Shown: piece by piece, positions 51,601 to 64,000 of the stretch
Position numbering within the stretch: position 1 is the stretch's first letter
Layout of the letters: each line of letters starts with the position of its first letter
Source: Tubulanus polymorphus
Lineage: Eukaryota; Animalia; Nemertea
Assembly: GCF_964204645.1 (NCBI RefSeq)
Contig: NC_134026.1
Location: forward strand, 23,036,150-23,100,149
Direction: 5' to 3'
DNA: 64,000 nt
Translations under genes and position numbers: made by a program
Notes under the pieces: model-generated
What the model was told of the DNA's origin: nothing
Seen by the model: only the letters and a program-made list of their open reading frames with translations
The model's database searches: none

Positions 51601-54600
51601 ATCATATACAAAAAAATGTGTCTAGATTTTTGTTCCATCATGCCAATGAGCAATAATTTTTTTGAGACTTACATCAACATAGTCCATTAAAAACCAATTT
51701 GTCGGGCAAATGCAAATCTAAGCGAGCAAACAACCATCATTCATTCATTGCCTTATAGGTGGATATCTGAATATATATTTCATTTTCATTACCAATCTGT
51801 ATTACCCCCTGTCCCATTACTCGTCTAACTTTATTTATCATCAGTCGCACAAGTATACCTTAGGCCTATATTACGATCATTTGAGTATGTTGTTTTTGAG
51901 TTTATTGCACATAAAATCGTGGCTTTACCCATTTACGAAGAGATGTTGGGTGCTGAGGTAGTACCGCTAGGATCAGGTCTAAAACGAAACGACTGTAGTA
52001 CCTTAGTCAGCCCGTAGGCTTAAATATAATTTATATATTTACATTTGTACGGTAAGACGAAACATTGGTATCTTTTTTTTTACATAAAATGTCACGAAGA
52101 ATGTTGTTAGAAGAATTGAATTCTGATGTCGACGTGGTTAACGTGTGTTTTTAACGAAACGTAATTTCCTACTTGCCTCGAGGGTTCACACTGTCGAAGG
52201 TATATACATATGATCCGGGGTACTTTCCCAGACATTACATACACGCATTGAACTTAGATTTTTCAACTAGATTTCATTGATTTCGTTAGAAAACACACAA
52301 CCTACGATTCGGTATTTCACTTTTTATAATTCGAAGATACAGTATTTTTACTGTGATACATAGTTACGCATAGGGAGTTCTTTACATATCAATTACGGTC
52401 GACATATTAAACGACGGCCACCTGACACTGATAAAACTTACAAGCGATTCGTGACTTGAGTTATCATCTATCTGTTACTTTACAAAGATCCCCAAAGAAT
52501 TGTGTGCAGCATGCAAAAAATTACGCTTTTCCAGAAAGCATAATTCATGCATAGCCTATTAATGTTTTAACGTAGTTAGTAACGTAGGTAGGCCTAGTAG
52601 TTTTCAGTCCTTGAGCACTGCTCTTCAACAAGGATAGAAATCGACAAAATGAAATAAATCGATCCCACAATACTATAAACACTGACCAATTACCAAGAAA
52701 AAACAAAACAAAAACACCGAAAGTGAAGGACAACTGACCTTTCTTCTAAATCGGGTTTAAGTAATCCGACGTTTGCCTTTTACCTGTTGGAAAGCCGTCA
52801 GTTCCTGCTACTGGTGCGCGCGGAACGATCGTCAACAGTACGTTCGGTTGCGAATGAATTGAATCGTACGCGATATTTTCACCAGCAAGAGAGACCACTT
52901 GGTGAAAAATAGTAAAATCCGCATATAGTCTTTTCTGATTACTGGTTGTGCGGCAGGTTCCGTGGCGAATACTTTATGTAATAATAACATGGCTGTAGAA
53001 CTGGTCGGGAATGTTGTGTTTGTACAATTGGTAATTTATTGCCGATACAAATTCCGTACATGGAAATATCAACTGAAACTAGCAATTAGCAATTCTTCTA
53101 CTGAAATCTATGAATAGATAGTCATTCGTTATCAATTTATCAATTCCAAAATTTCGAATGTAAAGCTCGAAAAGTGGCACTTACGTCGGAGTCTATATTT
53201 GCTGTGGGATTGACCGATTTGCAGATTTCCATTATTGTCAATAACCGTTATGCTAGGTTGATTTCATCGCGCATCAGTATCATTAAATTGATCGACTTAC
53301 GCTGAAAATGATCATACGCAAGATCAATCATCGCTCTTGGCACAGGGATGATGATTTTAAATTTTATTCCGAAACTGCTGTACACGAAGTGTGTTTGTCG
53401 CGTACATTGTGCTGGAAGCTGGTATTGATGTAGCTACTACAACGACATTACAAAACCTCAGCAGTTGATGCCAATTTTATAGAGAAAGCGTTAATCGTTT
53501 TTCACCCGTGTTTATTTTATCTCTTAAAGGCATGATACGGCTCTGATAAGGGTACTTTTGCGCTGGCGATGTCGCAAGCGGAGATCTACGAGCAGCCATA
53601 AAGGGGATAATGCGAACGGATCGCGCACTTATCTTTGCACCATAACAACAGCTTTTAATGATTTATTTTGCAGATTACGTACTTGAAGAAGTTTTCATTG
53701 GTGCCGAAAGCAAAATCAAACAAAATCAACCAAACTTGTATGATCACGTCATATACTTTCAGTGCGTTCGTCACCAAGGCCATGGCCGTGTTTGCTACGC
53801 GTGGTCCGTCAAGTTTGATACGGTGAACTCGATTGATCTAGCATCATTTGTATTTTGATTGTCATCTCTTGCGGTATTAGTAAAAATCGTCTGAAATTGA
53901 CGCAATAAATCAGGAATTCGGTGATAAATCAGGTCTGATCACGAGTATTACCTCGCGTATTAAGTGCCAGTTGTCGAATTGATCCAAAGACACACACGTG
54001 ACTGTCGACAGCAGACCAGAAAATGCCACCGGTTAAAATATCTACTTTTAATTGGGTTTATCTGTGCGAGCTTGAACTCAACGTTTCCAATGTATTACGA
54101 TCATTCTTCTATTTTTTCGATGACTCAAGGGACTGACTGTACGAACACCACGATTTTGTTTTCTCAAAATGACTCACAGAGTTGCCATGTACTACATGTA
54201 GGTACAATAACAAATTTCGACGTTCGTTTGGTTTTCGACGATGCACCATCACATGCGCAGATGTTGACAGAATTGATATTTCGATAAACTTTCATTCATC
54301 GAGACAAATGTCTCATTCACAGATGTTCAGGACAAAACGTAACGTACGTAAACGGTTTGACCAATCGTACTGAACAACCATACAGTACTACTAACATATC
54401 TAGTAACAGCCTAAATTCTAAATAGAATTTAATTGCCCATGAATAATACGCTTAGTATCATAAAACACTGAGATTAAACTGTAAATTTAGATTTGCAAAA
54501 TAGTTGATTAGGGTAGAGAGTTTTCAATTCGCGTTTATCAGAAATGTTGGGTCTATTAAATGTGACTTGATACGAAGTAGATATTCATTAATATAAAGAT

Positions 54601-55056
54601 GAAATAATATTTTGTTCACAAATGGTTTATCCTGACAAGACAGCTATTGACGAAAACATTTTCGCCAAAAACGGGATTATTATTCCCGCAAGTTTTATGC
54701 TAATTGAATTAGGCTTTAGGTTCTTAGGTCGCCGATCTGTGGCAATCAGCTGCCGCTATCCCATTAAACCACCACAATCACGGCACGTATATGGTTCTGC
54801 TGCCGACGCGACGAATGTCGACTCCTAATTTCATGTCCCTTGTGCCGATAATTATCCGGTAGCAATCGCTTTCACAAGCTCATACTCTTCTCATACTCTT
54901 CACGTACACGCAATATACAATATGAATGGCGAGGAGATGATATACCTCGCGATATTGCGTAATACTTTCTTCTTCGATTGTTAATTGTAAGAGTGCTAGA
55001 GATGACTATCAAAAAATGATATTCCCAAAATGAAAAGGACCCCTCAAAACAAGCTT

Positions 55057-55102
55057 CAGGCCTGTGCCAATGGGGGGTTCGGGGGTAGCGAACGAACCCC
55101 CT
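55057..55102. mobile_element. Probable truncated MITE end with an internal GGGGGTTCG/CGAACCCCC hairpin
   Basis: CAGGCCTGTGCCAATGGGGGGTTCGGGGGTAGCGAACGAACCCCC has a CAGG terminus plus a G-rich subterminal palindrome, typical of non-autonomous hAT-like elements. Confidence 0.4.
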
Positions 55103-58100
55103 AAAGGTGCCATTCAAAAAATCAGTGTAAAAAGATTATTTTTTTGGAAAAATGATAAGTAATCCATTCTCAAATGATCTATTCGGGTTCACATTTAAGA
55201 TCTGCCGTTTTCAATAGGGGATTGCATCTTTTTCACGGTGACCTAGTGGCATTTTTCTTAAAAGAGAATTGCCCCACACGGGTCTAAGCTTCAAGCCCAA
55301 TATGATAAGTTATAGACGTGTAAGAAAAGCATAAAACTGAAACATTCGTAATAAACCAGTGAACTGTCCAGAGTCAATCCAAGACATATAAATCTCAGAC
55401 CTAAAAGCCACCACATAACGCTACACCATGATAAAGACATTGTTGACTCAACTCATAATGTTCGGTGGTAGCTTTATTACTCTCCCTTGCTATTTTAAGA
55501 AAGTCGTATGAATTCAGTAGAGGCTGTGAGATACACACAACTTTATATAGAAAACATAGACATAAACGCGATAACAATATTCTTACACGTATTTCAAAAT
55601 GTAATGGTCAGATAGATAAGTCATTACAAGATAACTTAATTACAAAATAAAGGCCAATATTCACAATAGTAATTCTTATCTTGAAACACCAATATTGATG
55701 ACGTTGTGCACATCAACTCACACCCTACCCCTTAAAATACGCATACTATATCAATATGTCGAAAACAATTTTAAGGCGTCGGAAAAATTAAAAGATTTCG
55801 ATCATGCAAGGATACAGTCTAGTCCCCTGCGTGCTGGAGCAAACATAAACTCTTTAAATGGAAAATGTATTCTGTACTTCAAAGTAGCCTATACGTGTTA
55901 TGGAACACGTTTCCTGTCAGCATGGTCATATACGCAGCCAGCACACATGTTGTATCTGAATTAATGAAGAAGGATGACGGGTCTACAATATCCGGAATGT
56001 TATCCTGGATTAGCACATGTGTGATTATCTTGTCTGTATGAGTAAGAAATTCAGTAAGCCTAGTTTTAGGATAGGCTACCTTAAGGCAGGGAAAATTGAA
56101 CGAAAAAGGAAACTGAGAACATTAAGAGATGAAATTCAAGGATCGATTGATCTCAAATTTTCTCGATGCCAGACACTCGCTAGAAGATAGAATACGAAAC
56201 GGTTAATTCTGGTATTCCGTTTTGCAACGAAATTATATCATTCGTCCAAACTAGTTTTATACCAGAGGCAATATCACGCGAAGCGACATTTGCCGTAGAA
56301 TTACGACATGCGAGATGCCCCGACATTTAAGTTCAAGACAAATGTGGAGAAATAAAATGCAGTGATAAAAAAGATAACTAGTGGAGTAGATCATAGGAAA
56401 GCTATGAATCAAGTATTCTATATCTTGTTCGTACCATTTATGTCACTAAACCTGTGGGAGTTACGTTATCGTCGGTGACCGTTTTTCCCTCGGTCAAACA
56501 AGAGGGCGAGTGTTAAGTCCATTCTTAAATGTCCAGCGCTCCATAACGAGTGTTCCGACCGACGAAAATAGATCATTACTCTCCGCGGAAGATGCTTGTT
56601 AATGTCGCGGAAAACATAACGCGAATCAAATCCGACACCCCATCACCGACTGAGTAAGTCTATGTGATAGGGTCGGAATTCGATAAAAACTCTCAGTCAA
56701 TCCCCCTTAATAACCAATGTCCACGATAAAACATGGCTAAGATGTCCGTGTTACCGGACCTTTGATTGTCGAACCACGTTCATCGATTTCCACAACTTGT
56801 AAGCGGCCTCGTGTAAGGTCAACAAAACTGACCTATCAACATTGACAGTGACAAACTTCCAGCAATCCCCAAGATTCTAATATCCAACACTACTGAATAT
56901 CGCCCGAGGTGTATCGGATGCAACAATGATTTGTCTCGTTAAGATTATATTTTGAAAATATTTTGATTAAGTTTACAATATAATTACCCACTATATAAAA
57001 AGAACCGTACGAAAGGATGCATGGAGCCGGCAGTGCCAGTGTGAATGATAATCAAACTCGTCTGCGGTGAATTACGTTTTGTGGGAAAGGGCAAATCAAT
57101 AAGATAGGTCAATATCTTGGAAACTGGAGTGTCATTTGAATTCCCAGTAGCGATGAATATTCGCTGTGATCGTTACCCCACTGCCTGACCTACTGAAATT
57201 AGATTATTTTGGAGGGATTTATTTGGTTTTATGAGCCTAAAATAAACTGATACGACCAGTAATAAGAACGTCAAATGGGATTTAACGATATGAAGGTTTT
57301 TTTAACGATTTGCTGAACCCGAGGGTGACTGTCGTCCATCAACATTTTTATGTCAAAACCAAAATCGGTTTTGATCATCTTGCTGCAATCTAACAGGATG
57401 AGATTTATACTAGCGAGTTTACCCACTTCCGGTGTGTAGTGTGCCCCTTGCATGGAGAGGTCGTATTATGGGCTACTGGATAGGAATGTATTCTGATATT
57501 CCCTCTACATAGCGAACAAATGAAATTGCTGCTATCAAGAACTGTTTATATAAATAGATTTCGTCTTGATTATGCATATGTTGGAAAATCCATTTAGATC
57601 TAAGAAACCATACGAATCCTTTGTGCACACGTTATTGCGGCAGTGAATCACGAACCGGATATTCGAATATTCATATTATTTTTTTCTGTTGACTACGTGC
57701 GAATTTTATGAAATAAAAATGAAAATACAAATCTTTAATTACCCGGAGGCTAATTTCTGTAATTTAAGCGTTGTTGTTGCTGCTGATAGATGTAATCAGC
57801 AAATATTCTCACGTGTTTTCCAACCAATGGATAGAATCAACCAAGAATTTTTGTTATCACCTCAATATTCGCCAGTAAGCTTCAAAAAGGCTACGTCGGA
57901 AACGCGGTTCCGCGTCAAAGAATTGCGAGGCTTTGAGAGGCTAATTGGCACGCATTTCATCACAGATAGCCGGGTCTGATCATGGGGAAAATATGAGCTA
58001 CTTTCCATAAGTATTAGATACGCCACATTCGGTATTGATAAAAATGTTCATGTGTTGGGAATTGGCGATTGTCCCCGTGAAAAAGACTTAACAAGTTGGC

Positions 58101-61100
58101 AATCTACATAACTGACTACTATTACCCCCGAGCACCTTCAGCAACTGTCATCACACTTCCGCCGTTACGGAATGTAAGAACGTTCATTATACTTACGAAA
58201 TAAACCGCGTGAACCCATAAATTTGTTTGCTTATGGAAAACGAACCCCGAAGCTGCAGTGTGATATTTTCTATCTGCAGCCAACTACCGACGAAGAATCT
58301 AAAATATGTTTGAATTGCCATTTATTTTTGTTTTAGAAAATGAGTCAATATTTGTTGGACCATGGACTCGTGTCATAGTGCACCCAATCCTGGAAGTGGT
58401 TGTTTCCACAATGATCAACATCGCTATACGATCCTATGTACCCACTGTGGTAACGTCAGAAACTGAGGTTCTTGGTGAAGTCAATCTAACTAGAATTCCA
58501 CCGATAAGTTATCAGGCGACGCATCGAGTGATCTCGACTAAACAGCAGTTAGTAATTGTTCCATTTCCACCGCTCTAAAATCATTTCCGTCATAAAAGTC
58601 GAAGTTGTTGATGGACCTTGTAATGGGCGATTTTTCAGCGTTCGAAAAAAATGGAAAGAAAAGAATCAACAAAACATGCACATCAAGTAAGATGGATCTT
58701 AGGTACACGTTACGTGTATACTGGTAACAGGTTGAGTTGACAGATAAACGTGCATAGAAATCAAATGTCGACGTCGTTGTCGTCGATCCTTTCTAAACTG
58801 CATTATTAATGCAATGAATGATTTTGGAAGCTATTTGAAGCACGTGCAAGTCGTCGAGTTTGTTTTCCGTATCATTTAGCTTTTAATCTGTCACATTTAC
58901 TAGATTATAGCAATTCCTTTTTTAATTCGCATGTCTCCCAATGCAACCGCCGAGATTATACACAGCTGTGAAGGTCCTCTCGCTACAGGATGGCGACTCA
59001 ACTCCGTAGAGACTGATTATATGATGTTTTCATTTTCTGAACGAATCAAGCGTGGAAAATTGGCCATCGCTGACAGCGCGAGGTGAAAAGCCGCCTAACG
59101 TACGTAGAGTAGTATACCGAGAATCACGGCAGGGCCCAGTGATAGATAATATCAGAAAATTGGAACTGAGAGCATCTTTATATAGAGCTCGCGTTCCGAC
59201 GGTCAATTCCAGCGAACTCTTATAATTGCTTTTGATCGGTGATTTCGCAAATGGGGTGAACGCTCTCACAATTTCACATTTCACATAGATCAACCAACGG
59301 ATATATCGAATAGAAAGGAAGTAGGGCTACTTGAAACCTGAATGATGATCATCGTTCACATTGCCTCCATATAAAAAAGTACACACATTATTTTTACGGG
59401 GAAACGCCTCTAAAGCCAAAGGTAACGCGGAAACTGACGACAAAAACATGTTTTAGCGTTTCCCTGTGTTGTGTACGTGTACGAGAAACGAAAAACGGGA
59501 ACGATGATTCCGAGAACAAACATGTTTAATTCCATGTTTCTGTGTTCCCCTATTTTCCTGCTGCGTGTCGCGTGCGTTGGGCTTGAACGTCGAAACGGTG
59601 TTTCAACAAAATGGATTGCTGATTTCATTAATCAACTGCAATTCCGTTGAAATGCGTGATTTTTCAGTTTCAAGGACCACGTAAGATAAACACCGGTATC
59701 TTCCGCAAACATTAATCATCTTACTTTTTTCATTGCATCAGTTGCTGCTTTGATGAGCATCATTCAAAGTGGCAATAAGGTGTGGCGCATGCGCAGACTG
59801 AATGATTCGTTAATTCAACTATGATGTTTTGATTCTCACATGCGAATTTGGAGTTCGCTACACCGTTGCACCAATTTTATTTCCCTCGCGGAAGAAATGC
59901 CTTCCTTTTCTGACACGTTGACTTGATGTATAGAAAACGAGTCCCAAACGTGATTTATGATATAATTTTGTCGCCCGGTTTTTCGTTTTGACGGCAAGAA
60001 ATTCGTCGCTCCTCTGATTTAGTAATAATAAATGACTATACCAGAGGTCTTCATTAGTCACTGTAGGAATTATCCCCCAGTCGGTCTCGTCACAACCATA
60101 ATCTTTCTAATGAAACGAATCTGAATTTCAGCGTTCTAAAATGAGACGTCCAAAGTGCGCGTATATATCTTCTATCAGTAAACTTTGAGAATAAGGATTA
60201 GATTGATAATGTGTTCTCTTAAATTGTACCAGGGAATTAACGTCAGCGAGAGGTGATCACTGCATTGTATATCTGGTGATATTTTTGACAGTTGGGATGG
60301 ACGTTTGGGAAATTTGAATCCCACCGGTGTGGACGTTATCTCATATTGCAATATTCCATATTCCCTTCTCGCAGCGATATTATTAATAATTTGAAAGCCG
60401 ATAGGTCGTTTAGCTTTGCAAATGACGTTTCTCGTTCGTTTATGAATCGTCAATAATATGTTGGCGAGGTCGTCTGTCTTCAAAGACAAATTCTGACCAG
60501 AGACGTTTTCCCGGCGATAGATATTGAGTAAACGTCCACGTTATGTCTGAGAAATCACATGACCTATGACCGTCAGTTTGTTGTAAGCTAGTTTTCGTCA
60601 TGTTTAGCGATGTACTTATCTTTCGCGGCCTAGGAGTCAAATAATGAATGATTTAGATATCGATATATTCTATTCTATAGTGGATTCAAATCTAACTTAT
60701 ACACGTACATGTGGAAATTGTTCGAATAAGTTCCCTTCTTCGGTGCGTTTGTCGTTTCAAATGGTTTTGCCGAATTTTCTTAAGGTTTATCTACCGGGCG
60801 GCGATTATTCTTGATGGCAAGATTGACAGGCGTTCGTGTTCGTATTTTAGAATAATCGTTTGAAATCGGTTTCATTTCCAATTATCTTCTCTAATCGGAA
60901 AGGATTCGTGGGACAAATATTTGATGAAAGTGAAATTGGCTTCGCGACTGTGGCAATTTTCGTTCATGAAATATGGCAAATAAGATTTGCAATCTTAACT
61001 CGGCTAGTGGAACGTAGCTTCATCAGTGTTATCAGGACTGTAGCACCAATCTTAAATATTCTTTCTTAAACAATTTGGTACTTGTTTGCCTTCAATGTTA

Positions 61101-64000
61101 AATATTGAGGTGCGACTAAGTGAGAATTTTTTTTCTCAACGTGGAACTGTATCACGCTTACAAGCAAGTACGTACGAAATATATAACATTGAAGACTACT
61201 CTTTGAAAGCGGCGAACTAGTTGTCTAGTTATGATGGATATATATTTGAAATTTATTCTTTCAAGTGTTCTATGTGTACTGTTTTTAGGCTCAAAAGACC
61301 AAGAACCTTTGACTTCTTCGTGTTCTTTTACGAGTCTGAACTACTAAGCTGTCGGCGAACTTTGACAAAACTTTGATGTCGGTGCAATCATCCAATTGCT
61401 AACATCATAGATTCGCCTTATAAGAGCGCCTAATGCGCGTTGCTGCTAATTTCCGAGACAGACAGAAACGACTATAAATGAAAGGAAGGAAGGTCTTTCT
61501 TATCGTTAGCCAACGTTGCAGTCACGCTTGTCAACAAAACGTAATTACAAATAAGGGCTAAGGAAGCCAACGTTTATACATTCATTGCTATGGTATGACT
61601 GTACAAAATACGTAAATTCGTATTTAGCGCGAAACTCTCACTGTTGTATTAAATGTACGCAGTCCCCCCAGCCTTCATTGGTATCTATCGATCTTTTAAA
61701 GCTAACACTCCATCAAGCAACCACACCCCTTTATCGGAACTTATCCGGTATGCATACTATCGTATTACGACACTTATACCGGCTATGGAAACGATTTCCA
61801 AACAAGAGCTTATTTGGTAATCAATGAAATCTCTATATCAACACGATGCAACCTTTATTTCTCACTGTAGCCTACCATTTCACTTTATTTTGGCGTACCG
61901 GGTATTCATTCTCTCCGCGTTTTGGACACCGACTAAACAGTTACACGTAAATTTGGGTTTCGATCATGTGCGATCCTATACATCGTGAACCACGCAGTGG
62001 CGTTGGAAACGTAGCGACTGCCAGTCTAATTCAATATCTTAAGAAAAGCTGTGGAAACTGTCGTTAAAGACAAATGACACAATGTTTCTTCCTCATGACC
62101 AGACAAATTGAAACTTTTAGTCGCCTTGGTCAATATGGTCAATACCGGGGTCAATATATAAACCATCGCTAACGAAGAACTCTCCCTCATACTATGGTTA
62201 CCTGAAACAGTAAACCTGATTTTGGATAAACGAATACATGAGATTATGGCGAACGATTTCAGTAGCAGCAGGTGTGGTAAATTCCAGACTAGGCTAATTC
62301 GTCCCGTGAGCCGTGACTGTGACACTGACCACAGCTGATACTCCGTGGTTCGTTTCGTTCCGAAAGAGAATTGTTGGTCGTTAATTATTCGCTCGTCGTG
62401 TTGTGTTTGATACATGTGTACCCACCTGTACCCAGAGCGACATCGCCGAATACACTATTGGTGAGCTACCAAGCTGACTAATTTAGAACATATCGTTATG
62501 TCAGACAACCAGTCGGTCTGAAAACATCCTTCGAAAAGAATATATAAACATTTCCAATGAACAAAAGGAAAGTTTTATCTTTTGAAATACAATCTTAATA
62601 TTCAGAGTAAATTTAGACTCGTTAACATTTCGTATTACGTCAAATGTTAATACCGATCCCGAATACTGTGACGTGCATATCCTCAACAGCGGCATACTGC
62701 TTTCCTAAGACGATCGGCGCACTTGCTTCATCCCCACGCAAACCATTGCGATGGCTGATTTGATTAAACGTCATCGAGTGCAATAATTTCAAATTGATTG
62801 AGTGATTAATTACAGTCGCGGAGTTCGCTATATCGATAGTTTCTTTTCTTATAGCGTAGACGTCGACGTCTGGGACTGAAACCAAAATCAAACAGCTTAG
62901 CGCACTTATGCAGCTTATTGATAATTCATTAACGCTGTCGAGATGATCAGATGAAGAAAGAATGAAGTCGGGATATCGTATAATCTCGTGGGATGAATAG
63001 CAAACCTAAACCGATTCGCGGGACAAATAGCAACCCACAACTGATATTGAAGGTCCCTGATATTTCTAATCTGAACATTTTGGCCGTTTGATATTTTCAT
63101 GTTTCGTACTCATGTGCCGTGAAAACTCTAACTCTTCAAAGTTTATGCCCGCATGTTTAGTGTAATTTTCGCGTTATCAACTCGGTGTGATTGAATGACA
63201 ATATGTTGTTCTTAATATGACTTAACATTGATTTCCTGGCAACTGGAACGATGCAATTGAGGGTGATTGTGAAATGCCTAGCATCACCATTTTAGACGAT
63301 TATTACAATAAAAAGTAAGATTAGGCATAACGTCTGTTAAACTCGATTTTGATGGGAAATTGATTTATGTATTCAACTGGCTAGAAGATTCAACGCTGTA
63401 TCCAATTCATGTCCGTTCAATATCTGATTTAGTGAAACGGATTGCTACCAGTCAGAATCACGATGACGTTCATCATCGTTGTCGGTGGGTGGCATTTTTC
63501 ACTTTTGAAATCACCATGGCCACTGCCTCCTGATGCGAGACGTGAAAACAGTATTCACGACCGATGAGAAAAAAATGATTTATTAATTGCAAAGTATGCG
63601 TACATTGACCATTACTAGCTAAACATTTAGTATCAGTATTTGTTTTTAACGATTCCTTTAGAGTTGGAAATGAATTTTCAAGCTGTAAATATAATGTACG
63701 GACTAGCCGGTTTTAAAAATGAACTTACAAAAATTTACCATTCGCTTGGTTCGCGCTTGGAGTTCACGTTTAGAAATGCAATCATCGTAATATAGGCGAA
63801 CGTAAAGACTTAGATAATTGGCTTAGTTTTTAACTTCACAAGTCATATAATTATACTTGTAGCCGCACTTTTGCCATCGACTCACATATCTAATCTCTAA
63901 GTCACTTCAGAAATATATAATAAGAACCAGCAGATACGATATGCGATGCTATAACTATAAAAATCGTATCGGTATCATCATTTTCGATTCCAAGATCAAA

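Noticed and set aside
58772-58790. Partial similarity to miR-981 (TCGTTGTCGTCGA)
   Set aside because: The first base and the 3' end differ, and only a tiny local hairpin is present, not a pre-miRNA.
62026-62415. 129-aa ORF with a possible acceptor near 62201
   Set aside because: No recognisable motif or partner exons in the window, so it cannot be supported as coding.
26000-64000. Hammerhead ribozyme cores (CTGANGA...GAAA) at several sites
   Set aside because: None had a proper stem II followed by GAAA with flanking stems.

Overview
This is eukaryotic (bilaterian invertebrate, probably lophotrochozoan-like) genomic DNA: AT-rich, with short GT-AG introns. The first ~26 kb carry six protein-coding genes. 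(1) A divergent annexin (minus strand, runs off the window start) whose visible Ca2+-binding motifs are degenerate. (2) An SLC43/LAT3-like MFS transporter (+). (3) A clan-2 cytochrome P450 (-). (4) An orphan single-pass membrane protein with a mucin-like stalk and a tail full of SH2/PTB-type tyrosine motifs (+). (5) A multi-exon DUF4062-NACHT-TPR (NPHP3/NWD/TEP1-like STAND) gene (-). (6) A beta-adrenergic-like octopamine receptor whose CDS lies in one exon (-). Positions ~26-64 kb hold no convincing coding sequence and are most simply the 5'-UTR intron or regulatory desert of the GPCR; they contain MITE-like elements and microsatellites. The most interesting observations are the tyrosine-motif adaptor next to a STAND receptor with altered catalytic motifs, the probably Ca2+-independent annexin, a GC-rich island at ~21.2-21.7 kb that folds on one strand beside a CTCF-like site, and a duplicated splice acceptor that would create a poison exon extension. 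All homology calls come from motif recognition by eye, not database searches.
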